Origin: Yoonia sp.
GTDB lineage: Bacteria; Pseudomonadota; Alphaproteobacteria; Rhodobacterales; Rhodobacteraceae
DNA length: 64,000 nucleotides
NCBI RefSeq assembly: GCF_017854415.1
Contig: NZ_JAFMHR010000001.1
Coordinates: forward strand, 6 to 64,005
Direction of reading: 5' to 3'
Shown: positions 49,399 through 58,413 of the stretch, in pieces
How the letters are laid out: each line of letters begins with the position of its first letter
Numbering within the stretch: position 1 is the first letter of the stretch
Translations under genes and position numbers: made by a program
Notes under the pieces: model-generated
Seen by the model: only the letters and a program-made list of their open reading frames with translations
What the model was told of the DNA's origin: nothing
Database searches by the model: none

Positions 49399-49725
49399 AT
49401 GAACAGAACCGAATTCATCATCGCCACGGCTGTAATCTTGTTCGTCGCCTTTTCTTTGGGGTGGTTTGCAAGCTGGTTGGTGAACCGCTTTACCCGCGTG
49501 ACCAAGGCCGAAATCGGTGAATTGGACAAAATGGCCCAATCACTGCACGAAGCCGAAGAAACGCGCGATCAGGCGATCACCTATCTGCAACAGCGCGAGG
49601 CGGAAATCACCAATCAATTAAGCCAAACAGAGGCGGAATTGCGTGCTGCCATGGACGGATTGCGCGAAGCGCGCCGCGAAGCCGAAGAACTGCGTGGCTA
49701 TATCGAAAAGCAAAACGCTGACTAG
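49399..49725 (+). CDS. membrane-anchored coiled-coil protein of unknown function
   Basis: N-terminal TM segment (FIIATAVILFVAFSLGWFASWLV) then a heptad-like EAE/REA region. Confidence 0.5.
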   Translation: MNRTEFIIATAVILFVAFSLGWFASWLVNRFTRVTKAEIGELDKMAQSLHEAEETRDQAITYLQQREAEITNQLSQTEAELRAAMDGLREARREAEELRGYIEKQNAD

Positions 49726-49736
49726 AAAGCCGTCCT

Positions 49737-50687
49737 TTATCCGCGTGGTGCCGCAGCACGGCGCAAGCGATCATTAATCGCGCGGCCCATTCCATGATCA
49801 GGGACGGGTGACACAGCGATAGCGTTCGCGCCCATTGCATCAAGCTGGTGCAAGCATGCGAACAGGTTCGCCGCGGCTTCGGTCAGGTCACCCGAAGATG
49901 ACAGGTTCAGAGATGCATCCACGGGACCAAACCCAAGCAAAATTTCGCCCGGATTAGCGCAAGGTGCGTTCAAACGCACCTTCCCTTGCGGCGCGTAATG
50001 AGATGCCAATTGACCCGGGGCTGTGGGTAATTCTGGATCGGCACCTCGCAAAAGGGGGTGGCCTAAACATGCCTCTAACGCCTCGGCGGGAATACCGCCT
50101 TCCCGCAACAAGGCTGGAGCGCCAACGCAACTCACGATCGTCGATTCCACGCCAACCTTGCAGCTTCCACCATCAACGACCGCATCAATCACGCCTTCAA
50201 GACCAGCAATCACATGCGCCGCAGTGGTCGGACTGATCCGTCCTGACGGATTGGCAGAAGGGGCCGCTACTGGCCCGCCAAACGCGGCCAACAGGTCGCG
50301 CGCGAGCGGATGATCAGGCACGCGGACCGCGACTGTCTCAAGACCGGCTGTCACAAGTTTTGACACCCCACTCTTGGCCTTCAAAGGCAGAACCAAGGTC
50401 AATGCACCGGGCCAGAAGGCGTGTGCTAACTTGCGAGCGACCAAGCCAAATTCACAGTAATCTTCTGCCGCTTCAAGTGAGGCAACATGCACGATGAGCG
50501 GGTTGAAACTTGGGCGACCTTTGGCGGCATAAATCCCCGCCACTGCGGTATCGCTCCGCGCATCTGCGCCCAGCCCATAAACAGTCTCGGTCGGGAAAGA
50601 TACCAAACCGCCAGCATGTAAAATTGCAGCAGCAGCCGCGATTCCATCGGCATCCGGCTTAAGCCTTAACATTTGTTCTTCTGACAT
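49737..50687 (-). CDS. tsaC: L-threonylcarbamoyladenylate synthase (Sua5/YwlC/TsaC with Sua5 C-domain)
   Basis: PTETVYGLGADA...KGRP..NPLIVHV...SANPSG. Confidence 0.85.
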   Translation of the reverse strand: MSEEQMLRLKPDADGIAAAAAILHAGGLVSFPTETVYGLGADARSDTAVAGIYAAKGRPSFNPLIVHVASLEAAEDYCEFGLVARKLAHAFWPGALTLVLPLKAKSGVSKLVTAGLETVAVRVPDHPLARDLLAAFGGPVAAPSANPSGRISPTTAAHVIAGLEGVIDAVVDGGSCKVGVESTIVSCVGAPALLREGGIPAEALEACLGHPLLRGADPELPTAPGQLASHYAPQGKVRLNAPCANPGEILLGFGPVDASLNLSSSGDLTEAAANLFACLHQLDAMGANAIAVSPVPDHGMGRAINDRLRRAAAPRG

Positions 50688-50801
50688 GACGTGGCGTTCT
50701 GGTTGATGGGGGGGCCAGCTACGATACTCTCGCCCTCATTTAAGAACCTACCCCGCCCCCCTGCTTTTGCCAAGCATCGGGCAACTCGGAGATACATAAC
50801 A

Positions 50802-52505
50802 ATGCCTTATCGCGCGCCAGTCAGCGATTTCCGCTTCCTATTGGACCACATCGTAGCGTTCAGCCAAGTGACCGCGACAGAGCGTTTTGCGGATGCAACG
50901 CCAGATATGACACAAGCAATTCTGACCGAAGCGGCGAAAATGAGCGAAGAAGTATTGGCACCGCTTAATCGTACTGGCGACACGCATCCAGCGCGGTTGG
51001 AGAATGGCATTGTGCGCACGTCACCCGGATTTGACGACGGCTATAACGCTATTGCCGAAGGCGGCTGGATTGGCATGTCTGCATCGCCCGATGTCGGAGG
51101 TTTGGGATTACCCATGACTTTGACGAATGCGGTCAATGAAATGATAGCCAGTGCGTGCCTGTCGCTCCAGCTTAGCCCGCTGATGACCCAAGGTCAGATA
51201 GAAGCACTAGAGCATCACGCGTCCGATGAACTCAAAAAGCTCTATATTCCAAAGCTGATATCAGGCGAATGGAACGGCACGATGAACCTGACAGAACCGC
51301 AAGCTGGGTCAGACGTGGGGGCGTTGCGCACCAAGGCCGAACCCAACGGCGACGGCACATATGCGATCACTGGCCAAAAGATTTACATCAGCTGGGCCGA
51401 CAATGACTTCACTGCAAATGTTTGCCACCTTGTGCTTGCCCGTTTGCCGGACGGCGTGGCAGGAACCAAAGGCATCAGCCTGTTTATGGTCCCCAAACTG
51501 ATCCCCGACGCAGACGGCATACCGGGTTCGCAAAACGATCTGCGTGTTGTTAGCCTAGAGCATAAGATGGGCCTTCATGGCTCGCCAACTGCAGTGATGG
51601 AATATTCAGGTGCAACAGGTTGGCTTGTTGGTGAAGCACACGCCGGAATGGCTGCGATGTTTACGATGATGAACAACGCCCGTCTGGGTGTTGGCACCCA
51701 AGGCGTCGGCGTGGCCGAAGCCGCGTTACAGCATGCACTTGCCTATGCCCAAGACCGCAAACAAGGCAAAGCCGACGGCACAGGCGCGATCATCGAACAC
51801 GCTGATGTGCGGCGCATGCTGACCACGATGAAGGCTGACACCTTTGTTGCGCGCGGCATTTCAATGATGAATGCCGTGGCAATCGACATGGCCGCCGCCA
51901 CCGATGATCCGGCGTGGCAGGCGCGTGCTGCGTTCTTGACGCCAATTGGCAAAGCATTCGGGTCCGATGTAGGCTGCGAAGTATCCGCGATGGGTATCCA
52001 GGTGCACGGCGGCATGGGCTTTATCGAAGAAACAGGTGCGGCCCAATATGCCCGCGATGTGCGCGTAACAACGATCTACGAAGGCACCAACGGCATCCAA
52101 GCCATGGACCTTGTGGCCCGCAAGTTGATGGACGGGGGCGATGCGGCCTTCCGCCTGCTTGAAGAAATCGAGACAGGTGCAGAGGTTGCTAAACTCTCCC
52201 ACCCTGATTTGGCCGAAGCCGTTTGGCAGTCCGCCGAAACTCTGCGCGAAACAACGGAATGGCTCGTCTCGCAAAAAGACGTCAACGACCGCTTCGCAGG
52301 TGCGGTGCCCTACTTGCGTGCATTTGCGCGCGTTTTGGGTGGGCACATCCATCTGGCAAGCGCTGTGGCTGGCGATGCGCGCCGTGCGCGGTTGGCGACA
52401 TTCTACATCAAACGGATGTTGCCGGAACATACTGGATTACTGGCTCATGTCCGTGAAGGGGCTGCCGATCTGATGGCTATCTCTGCCGATGATCTTGCTG
52501 CCTGA
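50802..52505 (+). CDS. long-form acyl-CoA dehydrogenase (DmdC/AidB-like with C-terminal extension)
   Basis: MPYRAPVSDFRFLLDHI..., LTEPQAGSD, IYEGTNGIQ. Substrate unknown. Confidence 0.75.
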   Translation: MPYRAPVSDFRFLLDHIVAFSQVTATERFADATPDMTQAILTEAAKMSEEVLAPLNRTGDTHPARLENGIVRTSPGFDDGYNAIAEGGWIGMSASPDVGGLGLPMTLTNAVNEMIASACLSLQLSPLMTQGQIEALEHHASDELKKLYIPKLISGEWNGTMNLTEPQAGSDVGALRTKAEPNGDGTYAITGQKIYISWADNDFTANVCHLVLARLPDGVAGTKGISLFMVPKLIPDADGIPGSQNDLRVVSLEHKMGLHGSPTAVMEYSGATGWLVGEAHAGMAAMFTMMNNARLGVGTQGVGVAEAALQHALAYAQDRKQGKADGTGAIIEHADVRRMLTTMKADTFVARGISMMNAVAIDMAAATDDPAWQARAAFLTPIGKAFGSDVGCEVSAMGIQVHGGMGFIEETGAAQYARDVRVTTIYEGTNGIQAMDLVARKLMDGGDAAFRLLEEIETGAEVAKLSHPDLAEAVWQSAETLRETTEWLVSQKDVNDRFAGAVPYLRAFARVLGGHIHLASAVAGDARRARLATFYIKRMLPEHTGLLAHVREGAADLMAISADDLAA

Positions 52506-53542
52506 TGACTGACCTCAAAACCGGTATCCGTTACCCATTCCCGACCCCGCCTGCCGAGGGCGAAGCTGTGACCGTGGCCCTTGGTGTGTTGTGGATGCGA
52601 TTGCCGCTGCCGATGGCGCTGGACCATGTGAACGTCTACGCACTGGATGACGGCGCTGGATGGACGATCATCGACACAGGTTTTGCATCCAAACGCAGCC
52701 GTGCGATTTGGGAAAAGTTGCTTGCCGGACCATTGCAAGGGCGGCCCGTTACCCGCGTTATTGTCACGCATCACCACCCCGATCATGTCGGGCTTGCGGG
52801 CTGGTTCATCCAAAATGGCGCAACGCTTTGCATGCCACGCACCGGATGGCTGATGGCGCGGATGCTGACGCTGGACGTGCAAGATGTTCCCAATGCCGAA
52901 AGCTTGGCCTTCTATAAACGTGCGGGGATGGACCCCGATGTGCTTGACGGCCGCCGCACAGAGCGGCCATTTAATTTCGCCGATTGCGTCACGCCTTTGC
53001 CACTTGGCTACACGCGTTTGATTGACGCGAACACAATCACGATTGGCGGACGGACTTGGGACATTCGCATGGGTGGCGGTCACGCCCCAGAACATGCCAC
53101 ATTCTGGAGCCGCGACGACAATCTGGTGATTGGTGGCGATCAACTGCTGCCTTCGATCAGCCCCAACCTTGGCGTCTATCCAACCGAACCTGACGCCGAT
53201 CCAGTGACCGACTGGCTGCAATCCTGTGAGGCATTTCTGGCCTTTGCGAAAACCGATCAATTGGTATTGGGGGGGCACAAATTGCCCTTCACGGGCCTGC
53301 CGTTGCGCTTGCGCCAATTGATCGACAACCACCATGGCGCATTGGACAGGCTGCGTGCGCATCTTACAGAACCGCGCAGTGCTGGCGAATGTTTCATGCC
53401 GCTGTTCAAACGCCAGATCAAAGGCGGCGAATATGGGTTGGCCTTGGTCGAGGCAGTCGCCCACCTGAACCATCTGCACCAAGCGGGCCTAGCGACACGC
53501 GTTCTGCGTCCCGACGGCGCATGGGGTTTTCAGACAACTTAG
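52505..53542 (+). CDS. MBL-fold metallo-hydrolase
   Basis: VTHHHPDHVG motif. The ATG overlaps the upstream stop (TGATG). Confidence 0.75.
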   Translation: MTDLKTGIRYPFPTPPAEGEAVTVALGVLWMRLPLPMALDHVNVYALDDGAGWTIIDTGFASKRSRAIWEKLLAGPLQGRPVTRVIVTHHHPDHVGLAGWFIQNGATLCMPRTGWLMARMLTLDVQDVPNAESLAFYKRAGMDPDVLDGRRTERPFNFADCVTPLPLGYTRLIDANTITIGGRTWDIRMGGGHAPEHATFWSRDDNLVIGGDQLLPSISPNLGVYPTEPDADPVTDWLQSCEAFLAFAKTDQLVLGGHKLPFTGLPLRLRQLIDNHHGALDRLRAHLTEPRSAGECFMPLFKRQIKGGEYGLALVEAVAHLNHLHQAGLATRVLRPDGAWGFQTT

Positions 53543-54312
53543 GCCGCGATTACGCCGCTAAATCCCTCAAAGGTGAACCCTTCCGCAGTCACGCGGCAAA
53601 GGCTGTCTTGAGGGAGTTCCGTCCAGCGCTTTGCGACACCGCAAAGCGGTTCTGATGCGACGGACCGACCACCATTATCGAGCACACCAGAAACATACAA
53701 AGTGGGCGCATGTCCCACCGAAGAATGCCGGAAAGCGTAAAGCGTATGTCCGTCTGAAAAAACACAAGACAGCTTGATCGGGGCATGCGCAGGTGCACAA
53801 CCAATCTGGTCCAAAGTTGCCTTGATCGCATGCTGCGGATCATTCCGCAGACCGTTCGCCAGCAACGTCAGAAAAATCATTTCGCTGTCTGTCGTGCCCC
53901 GCATGGCGTTGAACAGATCGTCCGGCAAAGCAGCAAGCATCCGGCGACGAATGTCGGCAAAATGCGGAATTTGGCCGTTATGACAGAATGACCATCCATC
54001 ATGTGTAAAGGGATGGCAGTTCACGCGGCTTGTCTCGCCCACTGTCGAAGCGCGGATATGTGCGATAAAATGATGCGACCGCACCATCCGGCAAAGATTG
54101 GTCAGGTTGTCGTCGGCCCACGCTGGCAGAACATCGCGGTAAAGGCCAAGATCGCCCTCAGACCCATACCAACTGACGCCGAACCCGTCACCGTTCACCG
54201 CCAACTTTGCCTCGGTGGCATGCTGACTTTGCGCCAGCAGCGAATGCACCGGTCGTACAACGATGTTTTCCAGTGGAATGGGCGGGCCGGCATAAGCAGC
54301 GATCCGACACAT
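53539..54312 (-). CDS. class II (Ntn) glutamine amidotransferase, EgtC/YafJ-like
   Basis: ORF trimmed to MCRIAAYAGPP... (Cys2 nucleophile), NGDGFG, and HIRASTVG...NCHPF. Confidence 0.7.
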   Translation of the reverse strand: MCRIAAYAGPPIPLENIVVRPVHSLLAQSQHATEAKLAVNGDGFGVSWYGSEGDLGLYRDVLPAWADDNLTNLCRMVRSHHFIAHIRASTVGETSRVNCHPFTHDGWSFCHNGQIPHFADIRRRMLAALPDDLFNAMRGTTDSEMIFLTLLANGLRNDPQHAIKATLDQIGCAPAHAPIKLSCVFSDGHTLYAFRHSSVGHAPTLYVSGVLDNGGRSVASEPLCGVAKRWTELPQDSLCRVTAEGFTFEGFSGVIAA

Positions 54313-54313
54313 G

Positions 54314-54553
54314 CTAGTGACGGGCCTCGATGCGGGCATGCAAACGCTTGAGGATACGGCTGGCCGTTGTCTCACACATCGCCGGGATGAAAGCGTGGAA
54401 CAATGCGGCCATTGCCGCAGCACCCAGCCAGAATGCGAACCCGAAAGCAAACCGCATATGCTGAAGATAGGTTTCGTCCACTGTTGCGGGATGATCCAAA
54501 AACAACGCAGCAATCGGGTTTTTGCGAATTGGTGTGTGTGAGGCGTCGGACAT
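54314..54553 (-). CDS. small membrane protein of unknown function
   Basis: 79 aa from MSDASHTPIRKNP..., with one hydrophobic helix pair. Its stop is 1 nt upstream of the amidotransferase start. Confidence 0.45.
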   Translation of the reverse strand: MSDASHTPIRKNPIAALFLDHPATVDETYLQHMRFAFGFAFWLGAAAMAALFHAFIPAMCETTASRILKRLHARIEARH

Positions 54554-54622
54554 ATGCAGTCTCCTTAGGGTGCTTTTGGTAAATCTACACATCAACAGAT
54601 CACATGTGGTCCCAAATATAAT

Positions 54623-54642
54623 TGCATTTATCCATATATGCA
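54623..54642. promoter_or_regulatory. candidate Lrp/AsnC operator: TGCAT-N10-ATGCA in an AT-rich divergent region
   Basis: Read directly in tgcatttatccatatatgca. The surrounding 54570-54658 is clearly more AT-rich than its neighbours. Confidence 0.35.
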
Positions 54643-54658
54643 GGATATTATCCCAAGC

Positions 54659-55120
54659 ATGGCCCATTCATTAGATATAATAGACCGCGCAATCCTCAAG
54701 AACCTACAAACTGACGCCACAATGTCGGTCGATGACGTCAGCGAGGCGGTCAATCTGTCCCGCAACGCCTGCTGGCGGCGGATCAAAGCGTTAGAGCAGG
54801 CAGGCGTGATCAAAGGTCGCGTTGCCTTGGTTGATCCGGCAAGTGTCGGCGTTCCGCTTTCTGCCATGGTCTTGATCCGCACCAACGCACATGACGCCGC
54901 ATGGATGAAACAGTTCCAAGCGACCCTGCACAGCTTACCCGAAATCGTCGGTGCGTACCGGATGACAGGCGATCTGGACTACGTGTTGCGGGTTCGGGTG
55001 GCGGACGTGCCTGCCTATGATGCATTCTACAAAAAGCTGACATCACGGATTTCTGTCTCGGACATTTCAGCAAGTTTCGTTATGGAAGAGATCAAGGAAA
55101 CAACAGCGGTGCCCCTATGA
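54659..55120 (+). CDS. Lrp/AsnC-family transcriptional regulator
   Basis: MAHSLDIIDRAILKNLQTDATMSVDDVSEAVNLS (HTH) plus a C-terminal RAM domain. An alternative ATG lies at 54638. Confidence 0.85.
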   Translation: MAHSLDIIDRAILKNLQTDATMSVDDVSEAVNLSRNACWRRIKALEQAGVIKGRVALVDPASVGVPLSAMVLIRTNAHDAAWMKQFQATLHSLPEIVGAYRMTGDLDYVLRVRVADVPAYDAFYKKLTSRISVSDISASFVMEEIKETTAVPL

Positions 55121-55596
55121 CCCAGACCACGATGCAAATCGATACATCCGCCGAGTTGATGGAAAATGACATTCTGCCCAAAAGCAGTGAAATCCACACC
55201 GATCCCAATGTACCGTGTGTATCGGATGGTATCTTGCCAAAGGCACTTGGGGAATCCGTCAAAAAGAAAAGCCCTGCGCAATGGGCCTACGAGCGGATCA
55301 TCATGTACATCCAGAACTTTGAAAAGCAGCTGGATAACGATCACGAGGTCGGCTTGGGGCTTGCCGGCGGGAACACCGGCGTTATTCGCATCGAAGGGTT
55401 GGGCTATTACGATCCCGACATCGTCACCTACTACGGCGTAAACGAAGCAGGGGCCAAGACGCAACTGATCCAGCATGTAAGCCAGTTGAATGTGACGCTG
55501 GTGGCCAGCGCCAAACACATTGACCAACCCGAACCCAACCGGATCGGTTTCCGGCTTGCCACAGCGCTTGACCGCGCCGAAGATGTGACGACCTGA
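55117..55596 (+). CDS. soluble protein of unknown function, translationally coupled to the Lrp regulator
   Basis: 159 aa. The ATG overlaps the Lrp stop (ATGA). I recognise no motif. Confidence 0.5.
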   Translation: MTQTTMQIDTSAELMENDILPKSSEIHTDPNVPCVSDGILPKALGESVKKKSPAQWAYERIIMYIQNFEKQLDNDHEVGLGLAGGNTGVIRIEGLGYYDPDIVTYYGVNEAGAKTQLIQHVSQLNVTLVASAKHIDQPEPNRIGFRLATALDRAEDVTT

Positions 55597-55661
55597 CCGC
55601 GTGACATGGGTAAATGAATCGGCTATGCGGGTGACAAATCAGACAAACAAGGAGCCTTATA

Positions 55662-55796
55662 ATGGCTGAACATAAAAACGGCGAGATGGACATTTCAGTT
55701 CAGGAAAAAACCTTTGACGGTTTCATGAGCATGACCACCAAAGCTTCGATCGGCATTATCGTGCTTTTGATCTTTCTTGCCTTTGTCGCCATCTAA
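55662..55796 (+). CDS. aa3-type cytochrome c oxidase subunit IV-like mini-protein (44 aa)
   Basis: Not in the supplied ORF track (below its length cutoff). AAGGAG at 55649-55654, then ATG. The product MAEHKNGEMDISVQEKTFDGFMSMTTKASIGIIVLLIFLAFVAI resembles Paracoccus/Rhodobacter subunit IV (HKHGEMDI..Q..TFAGF...one TM). Confidence 0.65.
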   Translation: MAEHKNGEMDISVQEKTFDGFMSMTTKASIGIIVLLIFLAFVAI

Positions 55797-55802
55797 GAAA
55801 CC

Positions 55803-56417
55803 GTGGATCGCCGGCGTTTTCTAATTGGCCTGCCCCTCGCTCTTTCTGCGTGTACGGGTCAAAAAGTATGGGCACCTGATGATCTGGTCGCGCGGTCAGC
55901 TTACCGCGCACCCGGTCAAAACTATCTGACCCTCTACACTATGAAGAACATCCGCGACGATGCGGGTGCGCATTCTGCCTTGCTGATTAACGCGAGCCAG
56001 CGGGTTCTATTCGATCCTGCCGGAACATGGTCACAAGACGTCATGCCCGAACGCAACGACGTGCTATTTGGGGTGTCGCCGCGGCTAGAGGATTATTACG
56101 TCAGCTTTCATGCCCGTGTTACGTTCTATGTCATCGGTCAAAAGGTCGAGGTAACCCCAGAAGTCGCGGAACAAGCATTCAATTCAGCGCTCAAAGCGGG
56201 GCCAGTTTTCCAATCCAACTGCGCACGCGTGACCTCGCGCATTTTGCGTGAATTACCGGGTTTTGAAAGCATAGGATCAACGTGGTTTCCGAACAGCATC
56301 GCGGATGATTTCGCCAGATTGCCGGGTGTGCAAACCCGTGAATACCGTGAAAACGATGCCGACGATAAATCGATTGCCGCCGCCCAAATCAAGGCTGCCC
56401 TTACAGCAGAGCGCTAA
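55803..56417 (+). CDS. lipoprotein of unknown function
   Basis: GTG start and lipobox LPLALSAC. Contains GAHSALLI and, about 95 aa later, a QSNCARV motif pair. Confidence 0.55.
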   Translation: MDRRRFLIGLPLALSACTGQKVWAPDDLVARSAYRAPGQNYLTLYTMKNIRDDAGAHSALLINASQRVLFDPAGTWSQDVMPERNDVLFGVSPRLEDYYVSFHARVTFYVIGQKVEVTPEVAEQAFNSALKAGPVFQSNCARVTSRILRELPGFESIGSTWFPNSIADDFARLPGVQTREYRENDADDKSIAAAQIKAALTAER

Positions 56418-56736
56418 GACCCATCAAAGCATAGAGCGTTGCAGCACCGCCCAAAATTGCCCAAAGGACATTGCGCGTCCAAATCCCGATCAGCACAGTC
56501 GCAACCGCAGCAGCCATACGCACTGGATCGAATACTCCGTCCGTCGCGGCGGGCCACAAGACTAACGGTGCCACCATACCGGGCAAAACTGCGACGGGAG
56601 TATAGCGCAGCAAACGCAAAACAAACGCAGGCATCGCGCGATCACCGATCAGCCCAAGAAACGAAAAGCGGATCAGGAATGTCCCGATCCCCATAATCGC
56701 AATGATCAGCCAGATTTCAGCCGCAGAATATGTCAT
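56401..56736 (-). CDS. azlD: branched-chain amino acid exporter small subunit AzlD
   Basis: About 110 aa, hydrophobic. The start overlaps the azlC stop (ATGA). Confidence 0.7.
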   Translation of the reverse strand: MTYSAAEIWLIIAIMGIGTFLIRFSFLGLIGDRAMPAFVLRLLRYTPVAVLPGMVAPLVLWPAATDGVFDPVRMAAAVATVLIGIWTRNVLWAILGGAATLYALMGLSALL

Positions 56737-57467
56737 TGCGCACGCCTTTCCATCCACATTTCAACCAACGCCCCTGTCAGCATTGCCGCACCGGCGGCAA
56801 TCAATAGGCCTGTGCCGGCAGGCATATTTACCAAAGCCAGTGCGACACTCACGGACATGGCCGCCGCCGCGACATGGGCCAGCGACTTTACCATCGGGGC
56901 AACCATCGCCAGGAACATAATCGGCATGATGAAATCCAACGCCCAAGCGTCAGGGATTGCTTGGCCAGCGACGACGCCAACCAGAGTCATACCAAACCAG
57001 AACGGCGTAATCGGCGTGGCAACACCCAGAAAATACGCGACGCGATCCGAAACGGTCATCTCTGGGCGGGCCTCGTAGCGGGCAATAGAGGTGATGTAGG
57101 TCTGATCGAAATTCAAATACGCAATGCAAGCGCGTTGCCATAAGGGTGCGGCACCGAGATACGGCACCAATGACGCCGAATACATCGCCATACGCAAGTT
57201 GACGGCCAGTGCGGCCAGTAGCACAAAGGCGATGCTGGCGTTCTCGACCATCAGTTGCAGCGCGGCGAACTGCGCAGCTCCCGCGATCACGAGAACCGTA
57301 AAGCCCATCGCTTGCGCCAATGTCAGCCCTGCATCCGTTGCGATAACACCAAACAATGTGGCGAATGGAATCGCCATCAAAATGAACGGCGCACCGTCAC
57401 GTACTCCGGCCCAATAGGCCGATTTTGCGGGTGTTTTCACGCGCGTTTTCGCGGTGGAAGTCGTCAT
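56733..57467 (-). CDS. azlC: branched-chain amino acid exporter AzlC
   Basis: AzlC-like N-terminus (GVRDGAPFILMAIPFATLFG) and multiple TM segments. Confidence 0.75.
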   Translation of the reverse strand: MTTSTAKTRVKTPAKSAYWAGVRDGAPFILMAIPFATLFGVIATDAGLTLAQAMGFTVLVIAGAAQFAALQLMVENASIAFVLLAALAVNLRMAMYSASLVPYLGAAPLWQRACIAYLNFDQTYITSIARYEARPEMTVSDRVAYFLGVATPITPFWFGMTLVGVVAGQAIPDAWALDFIMPIMFLAMVAPMVKSLAHVAAAAMSVSVALALVNMPAGTGLLIAAGAAMLTGALVEMWMERRAQ

Positions 57468-57528
57468 GGCTTTGCCCTAGCTTAAACGTGATGCAAAAGG
57501 CTTTACCCATGCAGACAGGGAATTACAA

Positions 57529-58413
57529 TTGGCGCGTATTGACGACACATCCGACTATCTGATTGCGCCAGACCCCGCGCGAGCACGTCTGACACGGGCT
57601 GTGCAAGGCACCGACCAGAATGGGCATGTTATTGATCTTAATGTGGTCGAAGAACGCCCCCTGACGATCTTTCTCAATGCGCAGGAAATCGTCACCGCGA
57701 TGACGATTGGTGACTATCCTGAATACCTCGCTCTTGGGTTTTTGCGAAATCAGGGCATGCTCAAGGATGATGATGTCTTGCTCGGCGTGGATTACGACGA
57801 AGAGCTTGAGACCGTCGTTGTGCGCACGAAAAGCCAGACCACGTATGAGGACAAGCTCAAGAAAAAAACCCGCACCAGCGGTTGCGCGGTCGGGACTGTT
57901 TTTGGCGATATGATGGAGGGGTTAGAGGGCGTCACCTTGCCAGATCTGCGCGTTCGAACCTCTGATCTTTATGCATTGGCGGCAACGATCAACCGCACCC
58001 CCTCACTGTATCTTGAGGCAGGCGCGATCCACGGCACGGTCCTGTGCCAAGGCAACCGCCCGCTAGTCTATATGGAGGACGTTGGCCGCCACAACGCTGT
58101 CGATAAGATCGCAGGCTGGATGCTGTCCGAAGGTGTGGGTGCCGCTGATAAAACACTTTATACGACAGGACGCCTTACGTCGGAAATGGTGATTAAAACC
58201 GCGATGATGGGGATACCCGTGCTTGCCTCACGCTCCGGCTTTACGGCTTGGGGGGTCGAGATTGCGCAGCAAATCGGTCTGACGCTGATCGGGCGCATGA
58301 AAGGGCAACGTTTTGTGTGTCTGGCAGGCGAGGACCGGCTGATCCGTGACGCTGATCCAACCAGTATTGCGGACGAGCCGCGCAAAACAGGCCGCAAAGG
58401 TGCAAGTGGATGA
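57529..58413 (+). CDS. fdhD: formate dehydrogenase accessory sulfurtransferase FdhD
   Basis: TSGCAVG active-site loop, EDVGRHNAVDK, SRSGFT. The TTG start is uncertain. Confidence 0.8.
   Translation: MARIDDTSDYLIAPDPARARLTRAVQGTDQNGHVIDLNVVEERPLTIFLNAQEIVTAMTIGDYPEYLALGFLRNQGMLKDDDVLLGVDYDEELETVVVRTKSQTTYEDKLKKKTRTSGCAVGTVFGDMMEGLEGVTLPDLRVRTSDLYALAATINRTPSLYLEAGAIHGTVLCQGNRPLVYMEDVGRHNAVDKIAGWMLSEGVGAADKTLYTTGRLTSEMVIKTAMMGIPVLASRSGFTAWGVEIAQQIGLTLIGRMKGQRFVCLAGEDRLIRDADPTSIADEPRKTGRKGASG

Noticed and set aside
52445-53482. 345-aa ORF on the minus strand, the same length as the plus-strand MBL hydrolase gene it mirrors
   Set aside because: It has no recognisable motifs and an R/Q/A/G-rich composition typical of antisense frames in GC-rich coding DNA. 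The plus-strand frame carries the HHHPDH MBL motif and is coupled to the upstream gene.
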